From assembly GCA_965644295.1 (NCBI GenBank), contig CBFFRP010000661.1, positions 1 through 46,739 on the forward strand: DNA of 46,739 nt, in the 5' to 3' direction. Below the pieces are notes generated by a model. The model was not told where the DNA came from. It did not search any database and worked only from the letters and a program-made list of their open reading frames with translations. The translations under genes and the position numbers were made by a program. This DNA comes from Paraphysomonas bandaiensis (lineage: Eukaryota > Protista > Chrysophyceae). This document shows positions 12,905 to 24,200 of the stretch, in pieces (the stretch's first letter is position 1; the number at the start of each line of letters is the position of its first letter).

Positions 12905-14242
12905 ATGGGAAGGCTGGATAAGTTGGAACTAGAGCAAGCTGCACGAGTAAGGGGAGAATGGGAGAAGAAAGAGAAACGGAGGATGAGAGAAGGAGGAGAG
13001 GAGGATCACGCCAAGAAGTCCGTTGAGATGGCAAGGCCTGAGGAAGTGACGGAAGGAACGGGAAGGCGAAGGAGAAGCCAGAGAATGAAAAGGAAAGAGC
13101 GCAAGGAGAGAGAAGAGGCCGTTGAGATTTATGCATATGATAATGTACTACAGTGTGAGGAACTGGCGGAGGAATTACAGTTCCTGGTAGGCCGGAAATT
13201 TGTGGATGATGAAAATGGGCATTTGTATGAAGTGAGATCCATATTCTACTCCAAGGAAGCAAGAGCAGTGATGGGTTACCGGCGATCGCTAACGGGAAGG
13301 ACATACAGACATGATGATGAAGCATTTCCAGTATATGGACCGATGGGGTTGTATGCGCTGACGGACTTGTATCGAGTAGAAGGGAGTAGTGAGTCGGAGA
13401 GATGGCCAGTATGCGGGCGAGAGTGGAGGGATGCTCAGTATAAGGAGGAAGGGTTACGGTCATTAATGGAACAGATTCAGGAGGGCGAAGAGTTAGAGGT
13501 TAAGGATGAGGGAGTATACAGGATGATTAAGATTGAGGAGTCATTGGTATTACACCATCAGTTGAGGATGGGGGAACGCAAGATATGGAGGAGAGTGGTG
13601 CCTAGGGAGTTGACGGACACATGTATGAGGATTTTCCATGAGGGTATTGGACACGTAGGGGCCACGAGAGCAGTAGGGACGATGAAGTTGCATTACCACT
13701 GGGAGGGGCAACGAGCGGAGCATACTGATTATTGTCGTTCATGCATAGCATGCAAGCTGCGGAAAGCTTACAGGTGTAGACCAAAGGTGCCAGTGATGGA
13801 GTATCCAGAGGTTAAGCAACCCATGGGCAGGCTACATATTGATCTGACAGGGGAGCTGCCGGAGACGCCATGGGGAAATAAGTATATACTAGTGTGTAAG
13901 GATTTTAAGTCCAAATATGTGTGGATGTTTCCAATTGCGGATAAGAGAGCGGAGACAGTGGCTCACGTGTTAGTCACACAGATATACAACGCGTTTGGAG
14001 CACCACAGATGCTAATTAGCGACCGAGGACGGGAATTTGCGAATAAACTAGATAAACAGATCAGTAAGCTGTATCGGATCACAAGAGTATGTACAACTCC
14101 ACAGAATCCGAGGTCGAATGGTCTGGTGGAGAATATGAACGCCACATTGAAGGACCAACTGCATCACTATGTGAATGTACAGCATTCGGATTGGGATGTA
14201 TATCTGTCTACGATCCAATTATTGTATAACTCAACGGTGAAT

Positions 14243-15334
14243 AAGTCTGTGGCATGACCAAACCTGGTCAACTGGGGGCGACCTGGTCTAATGACAACTT
14301 TTTGCTAGAACCCTACTTTTAAGAGCGTAGAACTATAATAAAATGTTTTCTATGCGAATGGAAAAGTTTTAGAATAGTTTAGACTATTTTTCATCACATA
14401 ATACTAATTTAGAGTTGACATTATACACATCAAATACATACATATATATATTAAGTCGTAACTGATAACACACAATATATACAAAACAATCAGTTCGAAT
14501 AATTAACCGCGGCCCTCTTCCGCTTTCCTACAATCACATTTTTTACTTTTACATTTCCATCTTCCCATTCATCGTCTTCAGGAACAAGAACAAGCTCAAA
14601 TCTCCCCGCAGTCGACGGTCCTTTCTCTTTAGGTCTTCGTGTAGGTATGGTCCTCAAGAACTTTCCCCGTACCTTCTTGTCAAACCTGCCATCTTTGTAG
14701 AGTACATCGTACACGCGATGCGGCCCATCTTCGTAACAGGCTGTTATTTTACCATGCAAATTGTGAATATTCCGCACAACATCACCATCACTGTACACCG
14801 GATCCGGCAAAGACACTACACTTGTATCACTATCACTCTCAGCACCATCACTCTCAATACTATCGCTCTCAGCAACATCACTCTCACTTGCAGGCTCAAC
14901 TTCCTCAACACTATCTGCAAGCTCTACCGAACGAGGTGGGCGCACAACCAACGCAGATTCGGTCGTGGATGCTGTTTTCTTCTTTTTGGAAGAATTGTTC
15001 TTAGGAGCAGACCTTTCACTGGGAGCAGCCTTCTTGGGAACAGCTGCCCTACTTGCACGTGGTTTACGAGTTGTCACGACAATGTGGGCGGCAGCAGGAG
15101 GCTTTCCCTCCACCAAAACACCATACTTATCTTTAACAAGGACGCGAGGGGGAACCTCTTTGCTCTTTTGGCTTGGCTTTCGCTTTCCGGAATGAATAAT
15201 GCTATCGGTCGTTTCAACTTCTCTCATCGGAGGCAAATCATTTCCATCAATTTGTATACACGATGGTCGTACCTCATCACCTGGCATATAGTCCGGATTT
15301 ACATCAGTGTAGAAGAGCTCGTTCTGGAATGGTT
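14243..15334 (-). mobile_element. 1.1-kb unclassified insertion in element A integrase
   Basis: Removing 14243-15336 restores NSTVN-AATGYTPMYMMFGRE in frame. AT flanks both sides; there are no TIRs. Hairpin TGACCA-aacc-TGGTCA lies 12 nt from the left end. Confidence 0.85.
14490..15287 (-). CDS. Basic/acidic low-complexity protein (fragment) with a Tudor-like domain
   Basis: YSDGDVVRNIHNLHGKITACYEDGPHRVYDVLYKDGRFDKKVRGKFLR resembles a Tudor barrel; the C-terminus reads KRKRAAVNY. Confidence 0.55.
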   Translation of the reverse strand: MPGDEVRPSCIQIDGNDLPPMREVETTDSIIHSGKRKPSQKSKEVPPRVLVKDKYGVLVEGKPPAAAHIVVTTRKPRASRAAVPKKAAPSERSAPKNNSSKKKKTASTTESALVVRPPRSVELADSVEEVEPASESDVAESDSIESDGAESDSDTSVVSLPDPVYSDGDVVRNIHNLHGKITACYEDGPHRVYDVLYKDGRFDKKVRGKFLRTIPTRRPKEKGPSTAGRFELVLVPEDDEWEDGNVKVKNVIVGKRKRAAVNYSN

Positions 15335-15871
15335 ATGCAGCTACAGGTTATACACCCATGTATATGATGTTTGGACGGGAGGCATCAACGCCAGAGATGG
15401 TGGGCATTGATGAGAGGATGGTGGAGAGGCAGGCGGTGGTAGATGGGGATGAGGACTGGATTATAAATTTGGTGGAGGCATTGGAGACCGCCTGGACTGC
15501 AGTGACAGCTAGAACAAGGAAGAACTGGGCCCGAATGAATAGGGGGATTACCTCATATGCAGCTGAGCTGAGAGAGGCGACTGGTGACAAGACAGGCGGT
15601 GGCAAGGTGAGACAGCTACGCTATCGGGAGTATCAGGAGGGGGACCGATTCTATAGGAGACGGTATCCAGTCAGGACATTTGCCTCGGCCAAGGAGAAGG
15701 AGAAGTATAAAATTTCTATGAAGCTACAGCCACGGTTTGAGGGACCGTTTGTGGTTACGAAGAGGATTAATGCGGTGTTGTATGAGGCCGAGTTCTATGG
15801 TAAGAGGGGCCGGGTACATGCAGTGAATATGAAACCCGAGAGCGCTTAAGACCTGGTCAGGTCGTAGATTC

Positions 15872-15879
15872 GGGGGAAA
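15872..15879 (+). promoter_or_regulatory. Polypurine tract of element A
   Basis: GGGGGAAA immediately before the 3' LTR. Confidence 0.75.
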
Positions 15880-16404
15880 TGTGACAAATCCGCATGTAGT
15901 CCCATATATCGAGGGGTGAGTGTATCCTGACTACAGTGAGTATACGGTGGTAGGGTAGCTGTTGGGTGGAGGTATGTGTGTACGTATGTACTTGAGTACG
16001 TGAGTACGTATATAAGTGGGTATGAGGTACGATGAGTAGTAGATAGGTACGATAAGTAGTAGATGAGTACGACTACAGGGACAGTATTACGATAACTGTA
16101 GAGATACGATGGTGATAAGTATGATATGGGTGCTTAAGTGTAGAGCCAGCTTGTAAGTGCAAGATTGCTATGTGAGTCACTCTTTAAGGTTATGAGAGCA
16201 TAAGTAAGGAAGTTCTAATAATTGATAATTATACGATTATCAGAGCTTAAGGGTCTGTTTAATAGCATCTAACAGGCACCTAGTAAGATCAGACGTCACA
16301 GCACGTGTAAGAAGTTATCCGCGGGTATGAGCATAAGGTACCCAACTGATGCATCAACAAGGCAAAGCCCTCTGCCAAGGACCCCCACATCTCCGATCGT
16401 CTCA
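15880..16404 (+). repeat. Element A 3' LTR
   Basis: Copy of 4816-5340. Confidence 0.97.
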
Positions 16405-16985
16405 ATATGATATGGTATATATGATATGGTATATATGATATGCTATATATGATATGGTATATATGATATGTTATATATGATATGGTATATATATATGATA
16501 TGTTATATATGATATGTTATATATGATATGTTATATATGATATGCTATATATGATATGTTATATATGATATGGTTTATATGTTATATATGATATGTTATG
16601 TATGATATGTTATATATGATATGGTATATATGATATGTTATATATGATATGTTATATATGATATGTTATATATGATATGTTATATATGATATGTTATATA
16701 TGATATGTTATATATGATATGCTATATATGATATGGTATATATGATATGCTATATATGATATGATGGTATATATGATATGTTATATATGATATGGTATAT
16801 ATATATGATATGGTATATATGATATGGTATATATGATATGTTATATATGATATGTTATATATGATATGGTTTATATGATATGGTATGTATGATATGGTAT
16901 ATATGATATGTTATATATGATATGTTATATATGATATGGTTTATATGATATGGTATGTATGATATGGTATATATGATATGTTTTA
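16405..16985. repeat. 14-bp AT-rich satellite, right half
   Basis: Same unit as 4055-4815; split by element A. Confidence 0.97.
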
Positions 16986-19300
16986 TATCTTGGTGTCCGG
17001 CAGGTCCCCTTCACGGCCACTGACACTGTCTCGCACAAGTGGTGCCTCGACTACATCGCCGCCACCACCATCTGTCTCCGACACAAATGCGCCACACCCG
17101 ACTGCAAACTACTAGTCCTCAACATGCAAGTCCTACCTACCCTATATTACAAGGCCGCAAAGGCCTCTCCTGGACTTACAACAAATACCTCGAGATTCAC
17201 AGAGCGTACGCCCAAGCGGCCCGCGCAATACTTCGACTGCCCCCCGGATACCCCACAGCCCTCATTTACCTGCCCACCACGTACAAGGGCTTGGACTGCG
17301 CAAATTCTCGACTCATGCGCAACTCCAAAAATGGCACACCCTACAACGGGCAATTGCACTCGGCGGACAACCAAGGTCCGCGGCCCACACCCTCCTGCAA
17401 CGCGCACCGCACCTCCCCCAGATAATTGACACCTTCATACAAAGTCTTGTCACCTGGGGCTCCCAACTTGGTATTCGATTCACAAGCCTCCGACCAATAC
17501 AGAAACACAATAAATGATATCAGATCTCGACTCGCACTACACGACGACCCACCACATACCTAAGGCGCCTTTTTCACAGATGAATCGTACAAAAGTACAG
17601 ACCTCACCCCTGCACACTTGCTAGGTGACTCACACCCCAAACCCAATACACATTCGGGGGGTGCCGCAATAGTCTGGCTCCCGCCGAAACACCAATGGAC
17701 CAACAGAAAGGTCAAAATACTTAGACTCACCGCACCTCATACGGACACCCCGAGAATACACGCCTACTGCTATGAAACTCGTGCCACCACGGCAACCCTT
17801 ACGGTGACAGGTTCCTCCCACTACACAATCTCCCTCTGCACAGACTGTCAAGCCGTCCACACTAGAGCTGTAGAGGCCCTCTCTGGCTCACGGAGAGCAC
17901 TTGGTTCTAAATCCCAAGGTATATTCTACAAATGTTTAGCTGCCCTTACCCACACTAGACGCCCCATACACTGGGTACGCTCGCATCCAGAACGTCACAC
18001 CACAGACAAAACCAAATGGACCTTTCGAGAAATGGGTATCTTCATTGCTGATGCGGCAGCAAGTGGACATTGGAAACCTCTTGATGATCTCATTGGAACC
18101 CGTAACGTCACCACGGCCAACGTCACTCAGCTCATGGAAGACTTTCTCACTGCCGGACAGTGGACTGGCGTCGCTATGACATACATCTCCACTCCGACAT
18201 AGGACCACTTCTCGGGGACGCACTCGACCTTAGCTTCAAACACGACCTCCAGCAATACACCACCACCCGGGACGGTGTCTACGGCCCCCTTTCGAATTGT
18301 GATCCCCTTTACTGGACACAGAGCGGAGCAAGGCTACCATATAAACTCCACCCTCTCCGCACCCACAACACCCCCCACAGTGCCCGAGAAACTGACTATA
18401 CGTCTGGGACAAGATATACACAAACGGTCGGAACGTGCAAAAGGAAAACAAGAGAACGAAGCTACAGCTGTGCGAAATGTACCGACTGCAACCATGACCA
18501 CGACAGCATCGCACATATATATGGTCCTAGAGTGCTCTCACCATGAATGACGTCGCACAAGCTAGGGAAGAAATATACCACCAACACCGCCAGGCCATTG
18601 ACAAAGCCAAGAACATCACAGTCCTCCGACCACGGTTTTCCACTGTTCTCACCAAAATCTCCTCCGCAGCCTGGAATCCCAATACCCCCCAAGTTGAGAG
18701 ATACTGGACGGCCTCCCAACTAGCAAACGCATTCGGCCACCACATCTCCACTGCCATACAACCCCAGGAATTCCACCAGCTCGAAAAACTAATAATAAAA
18801 ATACTCAGATCACTTTACAATGGCTTCCGCATGCTTAAGGACAGAGGAAGGCGGCATATCCAAGCTCTCACTCCCAGCATACAGACGACAACGCACACTA
18901 CCGAACCAAGCCAATACGTTCACAGGCCCACCACGCCCAACCCGCCAATACTAAACCTCCTCCAGGTCTCATTCACCCCCAGAAATCCTTGAACCAAACC
19001 ACCACCCCCACGTACTCCCACCACGTACAAAAGACACGCTCATCACATTCCCCACGCGGCCTCAACCACCTACAGCGCGCTCTCTCCTCCTTACTACACA
19101 ATTCAGTCTCGCCTCAAGACTCCGAAGCGCATAGTCCCCACCTCTAGTACAACAGAGGTGTTACCTAAAGGTCGGCCCCCTGACTAAATTCATTAGCCGG
19201 AACAGTTGCACCATGGTGCTCGCAGCAATGCACAACTAGTTCCGGGACGCTAACAGATAGGTGATATTGCTTGTTACCTACAGTACCACTGACATAAAGA
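16986..19300 (+). pseudogene. 5'-truncated, degenerate LINE related to the 39537-46679 element (end of RT, RNase H, C-terminal Zn finger, 3' UTR)
   Basis: Fragments YLGV..., CKLLVLNMQVLPTL, LRLPPGYPTALIYLP, GGAAIVWLPPK, WVRSHPER, ADAAASG, CTDCNH and PKGRPP align with the intact LINE ORF; many frameshifts. The right boundary is approximate. Confidence 0.92.
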
Positions 19301-19345
19301 ATATGTAGATGTAGATTAACATTATTACTGATGTTGTTATTCGTG

Positions 19346-20692
19346 TGCAATGGAACTCAGGTTGGGACCTGAGAGCCAAACTCTAAATAAGCTAAAACTC
19401 GCTTTAAGAGAGAGAATGTTGCTTATTATTAACCTATACTACTTCTGCAGTACTAAATGCTTCTCGGCACCCCAAGAAACTAAAGCACAACTCACCAGCT
19501 ATGCAGTTCAGTACTAAACAGAAAAAGTGACGAGCTACAACAACCAACAAAGAGAGAACAAGCTTAACTAAAAAGAATGACGATGCGCTTGGGCGTTGAC
19601 AGCCACACAGTGACTAAATCCAAATTTTCTGCGAAGGAGTGACGATATTTATGAATATTCTTGGAGAATTCTTCTTCTTCATACTCTACACATTAATGTA
19701 TGGACTCTGCCGTATACACTCTCAACTGCTGCTCATCTAAACGATAATGGGCACTCGACCAATCAGCATTGAGAATAGGGAAAGCATTGGTTCAGTATTC
19801 GCTTCCTGTATTTATACAGTGTAGGGTACAGTATACTGGTACTGTATACCTACGAGTGATATAGACGCATACATACAATAGAGGAATACTGCAAATACAT
19901 CATATACAGTATATACGGTATACAGTGCGGTTGCTGAGAGGAGATGCAGCTCGCTCCTAACTGCCATCTTAATGTGATTGCAGCACACATACCGAACATA
20001 CTTGTAAGCGAGCAGATTATCGTGAAAATTGAACAATATGTCCAGAGATGCATTACCATTGTACTCGCTAACGACCACTGCTTCTTCAATTGCCGATATA
20101 GAGTACGAGGCGATATAGTATATTGACTGTGCAGCATCAGTACGAGGGTCCACACAGTGTGATGATCGAATGGAAGGTACCGTAAAATCATGTAATCAGT
20201 ACGTACAGTCATGACAGGTGATATACAGGTCCTTCTTCCAGACAGAGGCGGTCTATGGCAACCCTTAGCCACCAGTAATTGGAAATGGATATATGAACCA
20301 CACAGAGGCATATAATAACGGTAAAGAAGCCGCAGACACATCCACTGATTGCAGGAAAAGCACGTGTACACTGTTTACGTACTATAGGTGATTGTAGAAG
20401 CTACATATGTGCATTTACAGGCCACTGGTTGAATATAGAGCCATGTACACATATATACCATATATTAGGGTAAGGATACAACATATATATATATTCTGTA
20501 GAAGGGTCACAACCTATACATATATGTGTGGGTGAAAGAGAGAAACTAGGTTAGTATGTACGCATATATATGTATACATCCAAACTGTAATAATAATAAC
20601 TCTTCAAAAGAATTATATATCACAGCCCAGCATATAAAATAGAAGATAGTGCTGATGATTATAAACCTGCTTTAAACCTGCACAGGTTTACA
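19346..20692 (-). repeat. Element C 3' LTR
   Basis: TGTAAACCTG...CATTGCA on the minus strand, preceded by the purine tract GGGAAAGGAGGAGAAGGAGAGAGAGGGTAG. Confidence 0.95.
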
Positions 20693-20724
20693 CTACCCTC
20701 TCTCTCCTTCTCCTCCTTTCCCGT

Positions 20725-21285
20725 CTACTCCTGGGTTGGGCCATCCACAGCGAGGATTTCGGGGTGGTGCTTGGTGATCGTATCATCCACGAGAATCATG
20801 CTGGATTCATCGAATTCCCATTGACGACCCCACGCATAAACCATGTAATTATCAAAGCCATATAATTGCTTGTTGAGGTCAAATCGAACGGTAATTTTCT
20901 TGCGACTCCCGCCCTTGTGGTACCAACGGAGGTAGGTAAAAGGAACAACATAGCTGGAAGTTTCCCAGTCTGGAAGCTGTAGGGATTCATAGAAAAGGTC
21001 CCCAAAGAATCTCAAATCCACATATACTGTATCTCCCGGTGATACTGAGGTAATGTTTTCCTTGCGCTTGTCGCGTATGAATCTTGTGGCCATATCCGTG
21101 TCCAAGGATAGGTGAAAAAGGAAAGGCTTACTCTGGCAGAAGTCATAGTACGCCTCACATAGGATATCAGGGGTATACGGAATATCAAGAACTTCTCCAT
21201 CAGCATACTTAACCTTGAAAGTCATCGAAGTCCTCTTTCTGCAGTCTCCCTTGTAGCCAAGAATCTTATCGACCATGAACTGCAG
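20725..21285 (-). CDS. Element C integrase C-terminus: chromodomain plus an extra ~110-aa domain, frameshifted from pol
   Basis: QFMVDKILGYKG...FKVKYADGE. Alignment with the homolog at 35320-35960 shows a small deletion (about MRDHE) at ~21283 that causes the frameshift. Confidence 0.8.
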   Translation of the reverse strand: MQFMVDKILGYKGDCRKRTSMTFKVKYADGEVLDIPYTPDILCEAYYDFCQSKPFLFHLSLDTDMATRFIRDKRKENITSVSPGDTVYVDLRFFGDLFYESLQLPDWETSSYVVPFTYLRWYHKGGSRKKITVRFDLNKQLYGFDNYMVYAWGRQWEFDESSMILVDDTITKHHPEILAVDGPTQE

Positions 21286-24200
21286 CATTGAAAGCCTCCT
21301 CTGCCGAACCATAGAATAGCTCAAGATCCTCAACCGAAAACTTTTTTATTGCTCCACTTATCAGATTCCTACAATCCACATCGTTTTTGTATTGATGGAC
21401 AACTTGCATTGGACCCTTATGACGACACGCCAGTTTAGGATGTGGTTTTGGACCAGCATCAAACAAGACAAAATCTCCTGGCGCATACATATTTTGGGGC
21501 ATAAGTCTCGCTTGACTCGCTCTTTCTTCAACCAACTGATCTTGAAATTTCTTCGAAGCCTCTCGGAGCACTGTTAGATTCTCATTTAGCTGTTTTAGCA
21601 GCATGTGGGACGGTTCACCCTCACAATCTTTCAAAAGATCCTTATATACCGCGTCCACGGATCCAAATACAAGCTCAAACGGCGTAAATCCAGTCTCTGA
21701 GGACACATGATCATTGAGAATGTATTGTACGGAAGGAATCTTTGTAACATCATCGAAGATATCTTGGATCCTTGTGTCAAATACTAGTGCTCGCAAATGC
21801 CGCACCACTTCCTTTATTGGCCTCTCTGTACCGTTAGCATGTTTATCTGCAATGCTAAACACATGGCGCATTCCCATGAGCTGAACTAACTCTGCGAATA
21901 ACTTCGAGGTAAGGTCAGTACCCAAATCTGAGATAATCATGTCAGTATGTCCAAAATTGCTCCAATATATCCACACAGAAGCAGCTAAATTTTTCGCTGT
22001 AACGCCTATTATCGCTCTGAGAAATGCATGTTTGCTGAACAAATTAACAATGACCAGGATATGTGATTCACCGTTCTTCCCTGCTGGTGTTATCTTCACA
22101 GCATCTATTCCAATGACACTTCTCGCATGTGGGGGTTTCAGTGTTCTAGGGATCTTAATTAAACGGTTTTTACGCTCTCTCCGTGTTTTCTCACAGCACG
22201 CACACGAACTCACAAAGTCTGCTATTTCTTTATATGGAATCTGATGCCCAGGACACAGTTTATTCAGCCGATTCCACATCTCTTTAGCTCCCCAGTGGCC
22301 TGATTGGGCATTATGTACTTCCTCCATAAGTTCCTGGGCCCTTAATCTAGATACAGGCTCAGGGGCTGTCTCTGATATATCAGTTAGGTCGAATACGTTC
22401 ATGAGGGCGTGGAATGTCCAATCATCATCACTATCCTCTTCACCCATTGTTCTATCATGATCCGAATCATCCATGGAGATCATAAATAAACGCGATAGGG
22501 CGTCGGCCACAGTATTTTCTCTTCCACTGATATGTTGTACAACAAAATCAAACGATTGTAGATAAACTCTCCATCTGACTATTTTCGGCACTTCTGACGC
22601 CTCCATCCATCTTAGATTGTTATGGTCTGTCTGGACGATGAAGTGTTTCCCAATCAGGTAATACGCAAAATGTCTCACCGCATAAAAGATGGCATATCCT
22701 TCTTGCTCAATTGTTGACCATCTCATAGCTTCAGGTGAAAATTTCTTTGAACACATGGCTATAACTTGGTATAAAACTTCACCATTTTCGAGGCGTTTTA
22801 CTTGGAATAGGACTGCTCCAATACCGAACTCACTAGCATCCGTACGCAAGAACCACTCCAATTCGTAGTCTGGGTAAAAGACTGAACAAGCCTCTTGAAG
22901 TCCAGTTTTATAGTCCTCCCATTCCTGCCTATAATCTATTTTCCACGTGGTTTCGTCCCAATTAAAATCTTGCTTTGTAAGGTCCGTCAAATGCTTCACC
23001 TTGTCCTTGTAGTTCTCAACAAATGGCGCAAAGAACACACCCATACCCAGCATTGACCTCACCTTTTTCTGACGATTCCCACTCTCCGGAAAAGGAATTT
23101 TCAAAATAGCTTCCTTCCTATCATTGGTCAACTCATACGAATGATGTCTGCAATTGTAACCAAAAAAATGAACTTCTCTTTTCCCTAACCATGTCTTAGC
23201 AAATTTCAATACAACGCTGTGTTCAATGCAACGATCAAGGAACAAGTCGAGCTTCCTATACGCATCATCATAATCCTTTGCCAGTATTAAAACGTTGTCG
23301 AACAGACATATAGCCCAGTCAAAATCACCAAATAATTCCATAATAGTTTGTTGAAGCTTTCCACTGCCCGGTCCTATACCCTCAGGAACATATAACGGCT
23401 GGAATTGACCCCATGGGGTCTGAATCGATAGTTTGGCCGAGGTTTGCTCAGTCACGGGTATCTGGTGGAATGCGTTCGTTAGATCAATGTCTAGGAAGAT
23501 TTCATACTCAATAATACGATCCAGCTGATGACGCACATTCGGAATATAGTAATGTGGGATCTCCATATATTTATTGATGATTCGATAGTCACCACATAGT
23601 CTGATAAACGGCTTAGTCGCCTTAGGGGCCACTGTGAGACATGAAGCCCAGGGTGATGAACTTTTTACGTAAATATACCCTCTCAGACGCATAAACTCTT
23701 GTTCAGTAGCCTCATAGAGCCTAGGATTGATAGGTCGTGCCTTTGGTTTCAGTCGGTGGGGTAGATCCTCTCTAAATTTTATATCCAATGGCTCGATCCC
23801 CTTCATACCGGTCCACTTCTCCGGTACAAAAGCATTCACGCCTTTCCCACGTAGAAGTTCTTCAACTTTAGTGGATTTTCGAAATTCAGGGTCAATATGG
23901 TCCTCGAACATACTTATAAACTCACTGATTGCATCTTCTCGCGATTTACCCAGAAATAGTGACACATCCCCAAAACTCGTAGGCAGAGGGTTATCCTTTT
24001 CTTCAGAAGCTTCTTCTGCTGATGAAAAACTCCACGGCTGTAGGTATTGTTCGACGTCTGACACATGCAAAGTCTGCAACTCTGGTAAATGCATATTCTC
24101 GGTCCTAACTGCCTCAACTTCTGATTTAAAGAACTGCCATAGTTCTCCAAGAATCGCCGGCATACCTATGATGACTTCGTTTTGTAGCATCTCAAGGACA

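Larger units (their letters stand above)
9300..15849 (+). pseudogene. pol: Element A pol: protease, dUTPase-like remnant, RT, RNase H, SET, integrase
   Basis: Motifs: PR LHVDPGS; RT FPLPRIDDLL, DIKDAF, YQDD; RH VDAC..EIECKAL..TDHNAL..DAVSR; IN H-H-CxxC, HIDL, SDRG, GLVENMN, FEGPF. Disrupted by a frameshift at ~9528, a TAG at 11903 and an insertion at 14243-15336. Confidence 0.93.
4816..16404 (+). mobile_element. Full-length but defective Ty3/Gypsy LTR retrotransposon (element A) with SET-containing Pol
   Basis: TG...CA LTRs at 4816-5340 and 15880-16404, 4-bp TSD ATAT, PBS, PPT, and PR-RT-RH-IN domain order. Confidence 0.97.

Noticed and set aside
19812-20371. ORFs inside LTRs (also 25543-26144, 3154-3987, 6249-7072, 36028-37148)
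   Set aside because: They recur only because the LTRs are repeated; no domain motifs, and frames break between copies.
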